Of a stretch of 64,000 bases of DNA, positions 12,526 to 25,174 are shown one piece after another (the stretch's first letter is position 1; the number at the start of each line of letters is the position of its first letter). The DNA comes from Raillietiella orientalis. Its lineage: Eukaryota. The DNA lies in assembly GCA_036172245.1 (NCBI GenBank), contig JAYWIR010000136.1, positions 1-64,000 of the forward strand, read 5' to 3'. The position numbers and the translations under genes are program-made. The notes under the pieces were generated by a model. The model was not told where the DNA came from and did no database searches. It worked only from the letters and a program-made list of their open reading frames with translations.

Positions 12526-14431
12526 GTCGAGCGGACGTGTCTTTTCGTTGCTATTGAGTTCCATTTCCGTTGGTGGTTGTGCGTGGTGTGGGTGGAGGAT
12601 TAGGCAGAAATGCCTGATACCACCACCGGTGAGAATCCGTGGGCGATGACCTCATTGCCCCCGGAGCAGATGGAGGTTGGAGCTCCCGCATCAGTGGAGG
12701 CTCCCGCCAGCACGGATGCGCCCCCGGCTCTACCCAGGGCTTGGAACGCCGTGGCTGCGGCACCTACGCCAGCGGCTATGGCGGAAATGCGCGCTTACCT
12801 GGAGGAGGGGTATAACCAACCCCTTCTATATAAGGTAGGCGGTCTATATTCTCCCGAGAACGCGCGCGCCTTCTCACAGGCGATGCGCGTTCTCGGCGTA
12901 CAGAAAGAGGAGCTTCTGGCTATGTCCGTCAGAAGCGGCAGTCAATTTGTGGAAGTTATCTGCAAAGAAGCAACTCTTGCGCAGAGACTTCTGCGAACCC
13001 CCGTAAGTATGGGCAGCCGGAGGCTTCTCCCAATAACTGAAGACCGGTCGGTGATCATTCACCTGACCGGTATCACGTTCCGGATGACGAAGGAGGCCGT
13101 CCGGAACGAATTGGAAAAATTCTTAACTGTCCACGCGCTGTGGGGAAAGCCTACTCCTTTTGTCGATTACGACGGGTTGCCTGGCGGCCTGGGTGCAGCG
13201 CGAGTGACGGTTCGCGAGGGATGTGAGATTCCCCACAAACTCACCGTCAACGGTGAATCCGTTGACGTGTGGTACGTAAGGAAACCCAAGTTTTGCGGCT
13301 GCTGCAGCAGCTTTGGTCACCTTAAAATGAGGTGTCCGAGAGTGCAGTGCCAGCAATGCAAACAAGCGGGGCACACCCGTCTGTTGTGCCCCTAAAACAC
13401 AGTCCGCGTCGTGTCCGCGAAAAACGCGAGAAAGCGCGCGGCAAAAAAAAGAAATAAGCTGGCAGTTCGTGCTGCTGCTTAGGAGGTCACCTCCGCCACC
13501 AAGTCGAAGGCCAGCCCCGAGACTTCGGCGAAAAACGCCGAAAAGGTCGAGGGCGAGGGTCAAGAGCCAGGGTGGCAAAAGGTCGACCCCAAGAAAAACT
13601 CCCATAAGAAGGGAAAGAACGTGGCGAATCGGAGTGAAACCGCTCTGCGCCGCGATAAAATTAAAAGCTGCTGCGTCGTTGTAGAGCGGATTCCCGCCAT
13701 CGACGAATGCGGCGCTAAAGAACTCGCTGCTGCCGCTGCTCAACCCTCCGTTGACAAAGTCAACAAGGAGGGGAGCGAGGCGGCGGCGTCCGTCATCGAG
13801 CCCACGCTCGATGACGTCGCCTTCGAGCACGCCGCGGAGGAGCTGGCTGCCTCGTTGCAGCCGGTTGCCCCCAAGGCTGGCAAGAAGGCCGTCAGGCGTC
13901 CGGCTTCCCCTCAGGATTCGGCCACTTCCGACCCCGAGGTGAAGGCCGGAAACGCAGCATCCATCTCCGCGGCACCCCGCAAAAAGGCAGGACGAAAGTC
14001 CACAATGCCCCGGAAGATCGTCTCCCCCGACGAAGGGGAAGAGATGGCTTCCGGTAGCGAGGGTGTCATGAGCGTGGGAAACTCCCGGGACCCGTCGCCC
14101 GAGAGAATTCCACGCTCGGACACGCAGGGGATGGTGAGGATGGAGGCCGAACAGGTACCCCAGGCGCCTAAAGAGGCCTCCGTCCTCGTTCCGATGGTCC
14201 TCGTACCGATGGACCTTTCGTACACCTGCCCCGCGGCAGGTGCCGCGACGGCACTTTCCCAGCCATAATGCCGGGAATCGCCTCTCGCCGTCGTCTTCTG
14301 ATCGCCTGTTGGAACGTGAACGGGCTAAGCGACGACGGCAAGAGGCGTGACGTGGCCGCCACCCTGGCATCCTTCGACCTGGTGCTGCTGCAGGAGATCC
14401 ACGTGATCTCCGCAGATCAAGCCTGGGAGAT
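12526..14431 (+). mobile_element. 5' part of an element (subfamily D): ORF1 and the start of ORF2
   Basis: GCGGACGTGTCTTTT 5' motif; TAATG ORF1/ORF2 overlap at 14266-14270; interrupted at 14432. Confidence 0.88.
12610..14268 (+). pseudogene. ORF1 with premature stops
   Basis: MPDTTTGE start; CGCCSSFGHLKMRC and CQQCKQAGHTRLLC knuckles; in-frame stops at about 13393 and 13480. Confidence 0.88.
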
Positions 14432-14786
14432 TTCTCACCCGGTCACGCCGGGGCGTTTATTCCATATAACATAACCAAAAAAAAAGCAATTATACAAAAT
14501 AAACCAGTTGGGAACCAAACTCCCAACCGACGACTGAACAAGAATGAAGAGAATATTGCTGGCACGCAGACCAGAGTAACAGTTTTGTGAACGGTGTGGG
14601 GGGGCGGGAAACACAAAGAAACCAAAATAAAATAAAAACAATGAATAAGGAGGACGGGATAAGGGTCTTTGGGATCGCTCTGGAAGACACGGGGATAAAA
14701 GCATGGGCACCGGAAATTTTACCGAGCGAACGGGGACGGGGTATGGGTGGGCGAGAGGTCGCAGGGGTCACCGGAATACGCCGTTC

Positions 14787-17700
14787 TCAAAGGTGTGTAA
14801 ACCGGCGATGTATGCCGGTGATGTCCTCATTCACCTTGTCACGAAGATGAGACCACCTTGAAGCCTTCTCCATGAATTGAGCTGCAAGCAGGTGAGCCTC
14901 CCTTCGCTGCGATGACAACTCCAGGGCGTAGCGGGCCTTCACGATGGCGCGAACGCAACACATGGTTGCGACAATCGCGCCAACCGAAAGTCCATTTCTG
15001 CTGAAGAAGCGCCGCAGCACATCAATGGCAGTGCCTCCTTGTGGCATGATGGCCAAAGTGAGCCTTCTCCATAGTTCCCGGAGGTCACCGCAGTCCAGCA
15101 AAAGGTGCGGAAAAGACTTGATCTCTCCGCACCTTTAACAGTTTGGCAAAGCAGCTCCCCCGGAAACGATGCTTCGCTGCCTATTACAGTGAAATGCACA
15201 ATGTAAAAAGAGCAGCACATCTTGTTTCCACTTTAGGGGGAACACGAAGCTGTCCAAACAAACGGGGGGAACCACTATCTCTCCGGGGAGCACACTTAAA
15301 TGTTCGCTGCACCGAAGCAGGCCCTTCGCTTGATTCCGAGGATTGGCGGCTTGCACCAACTCCTTTGTCGTCCAGCTGCCGAGCAGCTTACTGACTCCCG
15401 CTATTTTGCAGGAGAACTCCCTTTCCGCCGGTAGGCAACCGTCGTTGCTTTCCCTGAGGGCAGACAGAGCTGCGGCGAGTGGTGTGGCGGCCAGACGATC
15501 CGACATCTTCTTGTCCTGCATGATTTCGTCCATTTGATGACTGAGGAGAAGTCGCAGGCGCCGAAGATCTTCCGGGCTCGTTCTTTCGGAAGCTGCAACG
15601 ATGAAAAAGATTCCTGCCGCCATGCATTAATGTTAATGAGGGGGCAGAATTTGCAGCTTTGGGCTTCCAGCAATCAGGACAGCTGCCTTAGCGGAAAGCC
15701 AAACCCAATTCTGGTGTGCCGAAATCAGTCCCTGGCTTCACGAGCAGCGCCTCAGTATAAGGCGTGCGGGTGAGCACCACGGCGTACACCACAGCCTTCG
15801 CACACAGCAACAGCATGCGGAACTGCACCTGCAGTTCGATGCTGTTTAAGTCGAGGATGCCCAAGCCTGCATCCTGACGCGGCGCCACCAAGTCTTTAAG
15901 TCTAAAACGGAATCTAGCAGCGGCCCACAACGCTTTGCGTAGAAGTCGCTGCTCCCAGACTTTGACTTCCTGGGGGGGTGGACAAACAAAAAACAGGGGG
16001 CGGAGGAGGGGGGCAACGAAGGTGTTCCAGATGCAGGCCCGTTCCGGCAAGACGAACTCGCCTCCTGAAAACGGGCTAAGTGCACGCTCTGCCTTCCGAA
16101 GGCAGTCCGACCACGCTTCTGAGACGCAGAAGTCGCCCAACGGCACGCCAAGGTACCTGAGGTACCTGCCCGTGGGGATCCCCAGGTCGATCCAGTCGGA
16201 CTGCCCCTCCCACGTCGCACCAACCGGAACAACCATACACTTACTCCTGTTAACGCTCACGCCCGCACCCCGACGGATCAACTCAAAGAAATCTTCAAGC
16301 GACGCTGTCGGGGTGGACATGGGCAACAGGAGAAGCAGGTCGTCGGCATAGGCTGCCACGGCGGGCGTACCTCGACAGGAGCTCGGCAGGTTGGCTAGCG
16401 TCAGCCTGTAAGCCTCCAGCACCAATTCAAAATAGATGCTGAAGAGCAGCGGGCTTAAGCTGTCACCCTGCCTAATTCCTCGTCGTACCGGCACGCCATA
16501 CACGCGACAGCCACTGAAAACAATGGATGTAATCGCGTGGCGCCAGCAGGAGCGCAAGTACGCCAACAGGGATGCCGGAAGACCCAGACGTTCCAAAAGC
16601 TCAAGAAGAAGCTTTTGGTTCACGCAATCGAAAGCTTTGTGCAGATCGACTGCAACCGCCAAGGCTCCCGGTGTCTCCCTTTGCGTCCGGCGCCTCCGTC
16701 GGTGAGAGATCGAAGGCGTCGCTTCCGCACGACGATCCACCGCCACACGATGCTGCAATTGCAGCCATGTGCGGATGAACAAGAGATTCGCGTCCATGGA
16801 CCGCCCAGGAACAGCGTACGTCTGCTCCGGACTTACCAAGGATTGCGCGATCCTACCCATTTGCGCCACCCAAAGTTTCGAGAACAACTTGACGTCCGAA
16901 TTCACTAATGTGATCGGACGCCAGTTGTTCAGTTGGCGCAAATCTCCGCCTTTCGGCAGTAGACGCACCTTCGCTGAGCGAAACGAGGCGGGGACATCGC
17001 GCTTGTCTCGCATCAGCGACGAGAGCTGGAGCACCAGAGGGATGAGCTCCGCCGCAAAACACTGAAAGAATTCCGCGGGGAGCCCATCTTCGCCTGGCGC
17101 TTTTCGTCTCTTGAGCCCCGAGATGGCCGAGGAAATTTCCTCTGCCGTGAAGGGCTCATCAAGACGCGCGCGTTCCTCCTCGTCTACAACAGGTGCATCA
17201 ATCGGCAGAAGCAGCCGGGAGAGGCTGCGTTCCGTCGGTGCCTCTGCATACAGAGAAGAGTAATAGCGCCTGACTATCCGTCGCACGTCGGCTGGAGCCG
17301 AGCATTCCCGGTCCTGGTCGTCGAGCAGAACTGTCGCCCCTGACTGCCAGACCTGGCGCTCGGCCTTGGCCTTGTACTCGGATAATCGACCAACGTCCGC
17401 GCACCTGGAAAAGGAGCGGGCCTGCAGAAAATCTCTGCTGTTGGCTACGCCCTCTCCGAAGCCGCGCGGAAGCTGGTGCAAGGGAAACCGGCAGCAGAAC
17501 TCGCGGACCGATCTTTTCAGATCGTCCAAGTCCTCGAGCTCACTTATGGCAAAGCCGAGGAGGTACTGGCGAAGATGCTCAGCCGCCTCCGGGTGGCTTA
17601 GCCAGTCTGCCGGCATCCTCCAAAAACAGTTTGGAGGCCCCTTGCCTGGCGGGAGCAACTCGAACTCGAGCCTGTTGTGGTCTGAAAGCACGGACGGCAC

Positions 17701-18345
17701 GGGACCTCTCCGACCCACTCGACAGAGCAAGTGTTCATCAAGGTATACGTGGTCCGGCGTTGCTGCCATAACAGGGTCGCTAGCGAACAAGTTGCACGCG
17801 TGCACGGACGCGCACATCTCTTCCGGTAGCAACTTTTCCCTTTTGTGGGATCTATTCTCGGAAAGCAGGTGGACGTTAAAGTCCCCCGCAATGAGATGGG
17901 CCACAGTAGGGTGAGATCGAGTGAGCCACTGGCCTTGAAGGGTACCGAAGAACTCAATCCTTTCGGCCCATCGTCCAGCACAGCTCGGCGCGTACACGTT
18001 GGTTACGACAAGGTCGATCGAGTCGGACCACTTGAGTACAAGCTGTCCCACTCGGCCTTCCGTGTCGAAACGAACGCTGCGCACCGCTCCCGCCAAAGTT
18101 CCTCTCACGAGGAAAGCGACGCCGCACGTACGTGCAACGCCGCACCTATAAAGTAGCGTTCCGCCCGCGCGCCGTTCGATTTCGGCAGCCTGCTCTTCGG
18201 AGATGCTGTGAATCTCCTGCAGGAGCGTCAAGTCGAAGGCGCGCAGAGCGTCAGCCACTAGTCGCCTCTTCTCCTCGTGTTGGAGCCCGTTGACGTTCCA
18301 AGACGTTACGGCAACACGACGAGAAGACGCGATTGCCCTCATCAC
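14787..18345 (-). pseudogene. ORF2 (APE-RT-zinc finger); 885-aa open N-terminal part, frameshifted distally
   Basis: SWNVNG, GDFN, SDH, KAFD, QGDSLSP, YADD and RYLG motifs; C-terminus split across frames. Confidence 0.9.
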
Positions 18346-20246
18346 GGCTGGGAAAGCGAGGCCGTGGTGCTCGCCTCACCCGGCGAGCGGGCAGTAAGCA
18401 GCACGACGGGCTGGAGGGCGCGGTCGCCACCGGCCTCAACTGTGCTGCACGTAATCGGGTGCTCCTCCCCGGGTGCCGAACCTGTGGGTTCCGGGGTGAG
18501 CACTCGCCGTTCCGCGGCGAGTGTGTCACGCCTCAGGGCTTCAGCCCTGCGGGCGCTCGCTCCCGCGCGAGTTACGCGTCGTTCAGCGGCGTTATCGGAC
18601 TCCTTTGCGAAGTCTGATGCTCGCACGATCGACGTGCGCTTGCATCCGTCCGATTGCACCGGAATGGTCTTCTCGGCGGTCACAGAAGCGGACTTGCACG
18701 CGTTGAAGGCGTTGGCTTTTTCCTGGGAAGAGTCACAAGCCGCGCGTGTTTTCGTATTCGCGCGACTGCTTTTTCCTTTGGAAGAGCTCAGGGATGGAGG
18801 TTGCGGAGCTTTCTTTGGAGATTTTTCTTTCCTCCTCTCCACAACCTTCCATTCGCCTTCGCGATTTTCTGAAGCTTCCGCGACAGTAGTTGCGGAAACC
18901 TCCGGGATTTTCGCTGCGTTCTCTGGGGGCGTTGCTTTCGCTACGCCTTTAAAAGGCGGCAACGGAGTCACCTTCTTGACAGTCGGGAGATTGCTCCTCT
19001 CCTGCCGAGTCGGCGATGGGGCGACTGCATGCAGCGTGCTTTTGCTCGTTGCGACGCTGCTTTTTACGGCTTTCGTAGCCTTTGCAGTGGGGCCTGCGCT
19101 GCAGTGGGGCTGTCCGGAACTCGGAAGGGACAACGGAACGGGGCAAGAAGTCTTCGCACTGTTGCGATCTTCCTGTTTTCCTACCTTTCCCTCCAGGGTG
19201 TTACAGAGATTTCCTGGTTCCAGGTTCGGAAAGGTGCCTGCGAGTTCGGCAGAGAGGGAAGGCACGGCACGTGTCAAACCCTCGCGCCCCTTTTTAATTG
19301 GCTTCCCCGCCGTGACTTTCCCCTTTCGGGGCGTTGCGGGCGGGGATGCTTTCTTTTTATCCGCGGATCGCTCGTGGTTTTTTTCGAGTTTTTGCGGACG
19401 ACGTTTTTTATTTGCCGCTGCGGCTTTTCGTGCAGTGGTCTCTTGAACCCGACGAATTTCCGCTGCGGCTCTTTTTCTTGCAAGTACCGGGCACTTTTTA
19501 ATTTCGTGCCCGGAATCTTCGCAATAGCGGCATCTTGGAGAGGGCACTCTTGAATTCGGTGCCCCTCCTTGCCTCACTGCTCGCACGCGCAAGTCTGGCC
19601 TATGAACCACAGGTGAACGACCGTGCCGTTCACCTGCAGCTGCTCAGGCACAATACGCCTGTTCGCGACGGTGATCCGCGCGGAGGCTTGTCCAATGTGG
19701 ACAGAGGGGAAATCCTTAAGAGGATTTGGCCTCCTCCACAGAGCGTGCACGGTGGCGAACTTCGCCAGCACACTTACGACATCGCGGTCGGAGATTTCCG
19801 GTTCGATGTCGCACAATTGAACGACAAAAGAGTCGTCCATCGCGGTAGGTAGGACTTCCTTGCCATTGATGGTCAACGGCGTACGGAGAAGGCGCTGCAC
19901 AAGTGCTGCGTTCTTTGCACCGAATCTTCGTATATTCCATCCTGCCAGCAGGCATTATGGCAAGGAGTTCCTCCTCGCGAACGCCTATCCGGACGAGCTC
20001 ATCATTGAGCTCACGACCGATTCTCCCGTTAAGTGGCCCACTGACCTTATAACGGAGTACAGGCATGTATCCTGATGACACATATGCCTGGAACTCCGCA
20101 TCGCAGGGTCCTGGTCTTTGGGAGGTAACGACGGCGTAACTCCTCACCGGGGGCGAGGAAACCATTATGGAGGATGCGGCCACTTCAAGTGCAGCTGAAG
20201 TGCATCCAGTGGCTTGCTCCTCCACACTATCCTGTGTACTGGCCAT
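18342..20246 (-). pseudogene. ORF1, frameshifted
   Basis: MASTQDS start; GYMPVLRYKV motif; CRYCEDSGHEIKKC knuckle; TGATG overlap with ORF2. Confidence 0.85.
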
Positions 20247-20361
20247 GTTGCACTATGCTACTTGGCAGATTGCACAGGAACACACAAGTGCGAGCAAAAA
20301 CGCAGGCACAAAGTTGCCCGATCGTTGGCGCGGAAAGACGCGGAAACACGTCTGCACTGTA

Positions 20362-23300
20362 CGAGCGCAGGAGATCGAACGGATCTCGGGTGGGCGGCTG
20401 TTGTGGCGTTGCGGCACCGCGAAATCAAGCGGTGTCGCCTTCCTGCTTCGGCCAGCCATCGACACCGCAATAAAGGACGTTCGGTTCGATGACGCAGGTC
20501 GCGTCGGTCAGCTGACTCTCAGCTGGTCCGACTCTATCGACCTGGTCGTCACCAACCTATACGCTCCTAGCGGAAATAACGCGTTGAAGGCGAAGGCAAG
20601 AAGGGAATTCTACCTTGCCCTGAGACGCGATTGGCTGACCGATGCAGGAGTTCGCAAAGCGCACCTGATCGCAAGTGATTTCAACCTGCGCCTGCTTTCA
20701 GGTGCGCCGGATACACTGAACGACCGCGTCAACGAGTTGTGCGCAGAAATGAACACGCGCAACTTGTTGGCCGGGGACCCGGCCATGGAAAGCAGCATTG
20801 ATCACGTGTACTTTGATCAGCACCTATGCTCTCGGGTGGGCAGGCGCGGCAAGGTACCATCCGAGCTGTCGGACCATGGTCGGATCATGTTCGAAGTGCG
20901 TCCGCGCGACCAGGGCCCCCCCTCGTCAGCGTGGCGTCTGCCAGGGGACTGGCTGAAGTTTCCCGACGCGTCGGAGCACCTCCGCGCTTTTATTCGGAGC
21001 TTCAGGCTGCACACACTTCAGGACTGGGACCGCTTCAAGCGGTCGGTCCAGGAGTTCTGCGATCAGTTCCCCCTGCATCGCCTTCCTGCGGGGTTTGGGG
21101 AGGGCCCGCGTAACGAAAGGTGCTATCTTCAGGCCAGACGTTACGCGAGAACCCCCGACATGCGCAGGTTAGCAGAGTACCGAGCGGGAGCCGAGAGGCA
21201 AGCCTGGCAATCCGGATCGGCCAGCTTGCTGGACGACCAGGGCCGGGAGCACTCGGTTCCCGCTCAGAAACGCGGGATAGTAAGGAAATTCTACTCCTCC
21301 CTGTACGCCAGGGCGCCTCCGGAGCGAGACGTCTCAAGACTTCTGCTTCCGGAAGGTGCTCCAGCGATCGGGGAGGAGGAGAAAAGAAGTCTCGACGAGC
21401 CTTTCACGATGGACGAGATCCTGTCGGCCATCGGAAAGCTCAAGAGGCGGAAGGCTCCAGAGGAGGACGGCCTGCCCGCGGAGTTTTACCAAACTTTCGC
21501 GGCTGAGCTTACTCCCCTGGTACATCAGCTCACCTTGCTGATCCGTGAAACAGGTGACGTTCTTACCTCGTTTCGTTCAGCAAAGGTGCGGCTCCTCCCG
21601 AAGGGAGGAGACCTAAGGAGCATGAACAACTGGCGTCCCATCACAATAGTGAATGCGGACGCCAAGTTGATAGCCAAGATGTGGGCAGAGCGTCTGGGAC
21701 GGGTTGCCAACATCTTCATCAGCCCAGAACAGACTTATGCTGTTCCCGGGCGGAGCATGGAGGCGAACCTGTTCCACGCTTCCACATGGTTAGAGCTCCA
21801 ACAAGGAAGGGGCTTATTAAGCAGCCGGAATTCCGGTGCGTCCGTTGGCGGGAGACGGAACGGATGGGTGGGGAAGGAAGCCCTTGCGGTCGCTGTCGAC
21901 TTGCGTAAAGCATTCGACAGCGTCGACCAGAATCACCTGCTGGAGCTTCAGGAACGCTTAAGCTTCCCGGCCTCTTTGTTGGCCTACCTGCGCTCCAGCT
22001 GGCGCGACGCGCTCATTAATGTTCTTTTCAGCGGGCAAACCGTGCACGGAGTACCGGTGCGACGCGGCATACGGCAGGGAGACAGCCTGAGCCCCCTGCT
22101 CTTTAGCGCCTTTTTCGAATTGGTGCTGAGAGCGTACAGGGAGACTCTTGCGCACCTGCCGTGCGATTGCCCCGGTACGGATGCGGTTTCGGCGTACGCG
22201 GACGACCTTCTGCTGCTGCTGCCTATGTCCACCCCGGCCTCCGCGGTCGAGGACTTCTTCGACCTGCTGAGTCGTGGAACAGGACTGACGGTGAACAGGG
22301 CGAAGTCGTCCGTAATGCCAGTCGGAGCGGCGTGGGCAGGGCAGCAGGACTGGGTCCGTTTGGGGATCCCCACGGTGAGGTACTTCAAGTACCTTGGTTT
22401 GCCGTTGGGGGATTACTACCCTGCGGAAGCGTGGTCCGGCTACCTTTAGAAGGCTCAGGCGGCGATCGGCCCGTTCCAGGACGGCAGGTTCTACCTGCAG
22501 GAACGGGCCGCGGCGTGGAACGCGTTTGCGGCCCCCCTCCTTCGCCCCTTGCTTTTTGTTTGATCCCCCTCAGCGGAGTCAAAGAAGAGGACGAAGGACC
22601 TCCTGAGGATCGCCCTTTGGGGCAGAGGGAGGCCCCGAGTCCGTCTTTCGGACTTGTGCGCTCCTCGTCGGGATGGTGGTCTGGGCCTCCTGACGTTGGA
22701 GCGGCTGGATCTACAGCTCCAGTTCCGAGTTGTTGCCTTTATGGCAGGAAATTGGTGCACCCCTTGGTGCCTCCCTGCACGTCTCCTCGTCGAGCGGGCC
22801 ACCGGCAATGCGGGACTCTCGTCCTAATTTGCACTCCGAAGCCCCATCTGCCACTGCGGACTTCAACTTCGGAGGGCGGCCAAGCTCGTGAAGAACAACT
22901 CGGCGCGGATCCTCGTGCGCCCCGCGAACGGTCCTGCCTGGTTGCAGGAAACCGTCCGCATGTGGGCGATGATTCAGGAGCAGAGCCCGCAACACGAGCG
23001 AATAGCTCTGTTCGGGCCGCATGCCCGCCGCACGCTCCGAGAAATCATCGAGAATCCCCGAAGGAGAGCGTGGGCACAAAGAACCTCCCTTGCTGCGGTA
23101 CTGCCTACCCTACGGGAACATCTGGGCAGCGACGTCGCGGCACAATGGGAGGTAACTGTGAAGATCGCCAGCAGGGCAAAGAAGATCGGGGATTGCAGAA
23201 CGGGTCAGCTCACCAACGCTGCGACCCCGAGGACCACCCCAAATGAACTTTTGCGCTGGGGAGAGCTACTGGATGTTCCAGAGGAACATCTCGAGTGGCC

Positions 23301-23793
23301 TCCGGTGCTCATGGACTCGCGCACCCTCCCCATGAAGTGGCAACAGTCGGCACTGATGGTGTTGCATTGGGGGCTTCCTTGCAACGCCCGCCGACACCAC
23401 TGGACGCGGGGGGGTGTCAACCCTAATTGTGTCAGGTGCGGGGAGAGGGAATACCTCCCCCAACTGTTAGTGGATTGTGTTGCCCTCCGTCCCTTGTGGG
23501 AACGCTTTGCCGCAGCCCTGGGGATCCCCGGAGGCAACCCCAGAGACGCTTTGCGCCCCCTCTTCGTCCGTGACGCCCTGCCTCCAGCGGCCTCGCTTGC
23601 AGCCCTGTGCTGCCTACGCGGGATCGTCGTGGCATGGAGCAAAGCGACGGCAGGATCCAGCGACAGGGATGCCAACGTGTATGCTGCCCGTTTCATCAGG
23701 ATGGCGACGCGATGGCCCCATCTGGAACCACACAAGCAGAAACAGCTTGCCGGCATCCTCCAGAGGATGACGGACCCTCCCAGCAGACTGTGA
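20362..23793 (+). pseudogene. ORF2 (APE remainder, RT, zinc finger) with stops
   Basis: SDH, YADD and CVRCGE motifs; stops at about 22447, 22561 and 22825. Confidence 0.9.
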
Positions 23794-24007
23794 TCCCTTC
23801 GCGCTCCCTTCCTGATTTTTGTTTATTTTTTGTTTTCTTTTTGTTTCGTTCCCCTCCCCGCTGCTGCCGAGGTCGACCGCGCCGGTCTGCGCACCGGTAG
23901 CCCGGCAGGCTATATCTTTCCAGGGCGTGGCTGGACTACTGGTCCAGTCACAGATTGTATAAGTTTATTCGTGAGAATAAACGTCCCGGCGCACCCGGGT
24001 TTCAATG
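20362..24007 (+). mobile_element. ORF2 and 3' UTR of an element (subfamily E; probably the continuation of 12526-14431)
   Basis: APE resumes at AQEIERI; ends ataaacgtcccggcgcacccgggtttcaat. Confidence 0.85.
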
Positions 24008-24020
24008 GAGATTCCGGAGC

Positions 24021-25174
24021 TCGAGGGCACGTGTCTTTTAGTTGCTCCTGAGTTCCATTTCAGTTGGTGCTTGTGCGTGGTGTGGGTGGAGGATTAGGCA
24101 GCAATTCCTGATACCACCACCGGTGAGGTTCCGGGGTCGATGACCTTATTGCCCCCGGAGGAGATGGAAGTGGGGGATCCCGCATCAGTGGAGGCTTACG
24201 CCAGCATGGATGCGCCCTCGGCCCTACCCAGGGCTTGGAACGCCTTGCTGCGGCACCTAAGCCAGCGGCTATGACGGAAATGCGCGCTTACCTGGAGGAG
24301 GGGTATAACCCACCCCTTCTATATAAGGTAGACAATTTATATTCTCCCGAGAACTCGCGCGCCTTTTCGCAGGCGATGCGCGTTCTCGGTGTACAAACAG
24401 AGGAGCTTCTGGCTATGTCCGTCTGAAGCGGGGGTCAATTTGTGGAAGTTTACTGCAAGGAGGCAACTCTTGCGCAGAGACTTCTGCGAACCCCCGTAAT
24501 TATGGGCAGCCGGAGGCTTCTCCCATTACTGAAGACCGGTCGGTGATCATTCACCTGAACGGTATCACGTTCCGGATGACGAAGGAGACCGTCCGGAACG
24601 AATTGGAAAAATTCGCAACTGTCCACGCGCTGTAGGGAAAGCCTACTTCTTTTGTCGATTACGACGGGGTGCTTGGCGGCCTGGGTGCAGCGCGAGTGAC
24701 GGTTCGCGAGGGATGTGAGTTTCCCCACAAACTCACCGTCAACGGTGAATCCGTTGACGTGTGGTACGTGGGGAAACCCAAGTTTTGCGGCTGCTGCAGC
24801 AGCTTTGGTCACCTTAAAATGAGGTGTCTAAGCGTGCAGTACCAGCAATGCAAACAAGCGGAGCACACCCGTCTGGTGTGCCCCCAAAACACAGTCCGCG
24901 TCGTGTCCGCGAAAAACGCGAGAAAGCGCGCGGCAAAGAAGAGAAAGAAGCTGTCAGCTCGTGCTGCTGCTAAGGGGGTCACTTTTGCCACCAAGGCGAA
25001 GGCCAGCCCCGAGACTTCGGCAAAAAACGCCGAAAAGGTCAAGGGCGAGGGTCAAGATCCAGGGTGGCAGAAGTTCGTCCCCAAGAAAATCTCCCATAAG
25101 AAGGGAAAGAACGAGGCGAAACGGAGCGAAACCGCTCTGCGCCGCGAAAAAATTAAAAGCTGCTGCGTCGTTGT
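24021..25174 (+). mobile_element. 5' part of a subfamily D element, degenerate ORF1
   Basis: Homologous to 12526-13682; start codon mutated, several stops and frameshifts. Confidence 0.87.

Larger units (their letters stand above)
14432..20361 (-). mobile_element. Near full-length element (subfamily F, ~5.9 kb) inserted antisense in an APE domain
   Basis: 5' GCAGACGTGTTT near 20343-20355; ORF1, ORF2, 3' UTR and terminal hairpin near 14437-14462. The host APE reading resumes at the equivalent codon (QAWEI / RAQEI). Confidence 0.9.

Noticed and set aside
13123..14370. Long antisense or alternate-frame ORFs (e.g. 13123-14370, 18277-19446, 38484-39410, 45232-46158, 60427-61356)
   Set aside because: They are shadows of GC-rich ORF1/ORF2 coding sequence, with no recognisable motifs and non-conserved boundaries.
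20167..20361. N-terminal extensions of the 760-aa (20167) and 712-aa (41426) ORFs as novel domains
   Set aside because: They are chance read-through from the antisense 5' ends of adjacent inserted elements.
23975..24035. Terminal inverted repeat (5' ggacgt versus 3' acgtcc)
   Set aside because: Only 6 bp, subterminal, and not maintained in H, I or G ends (atgccc).
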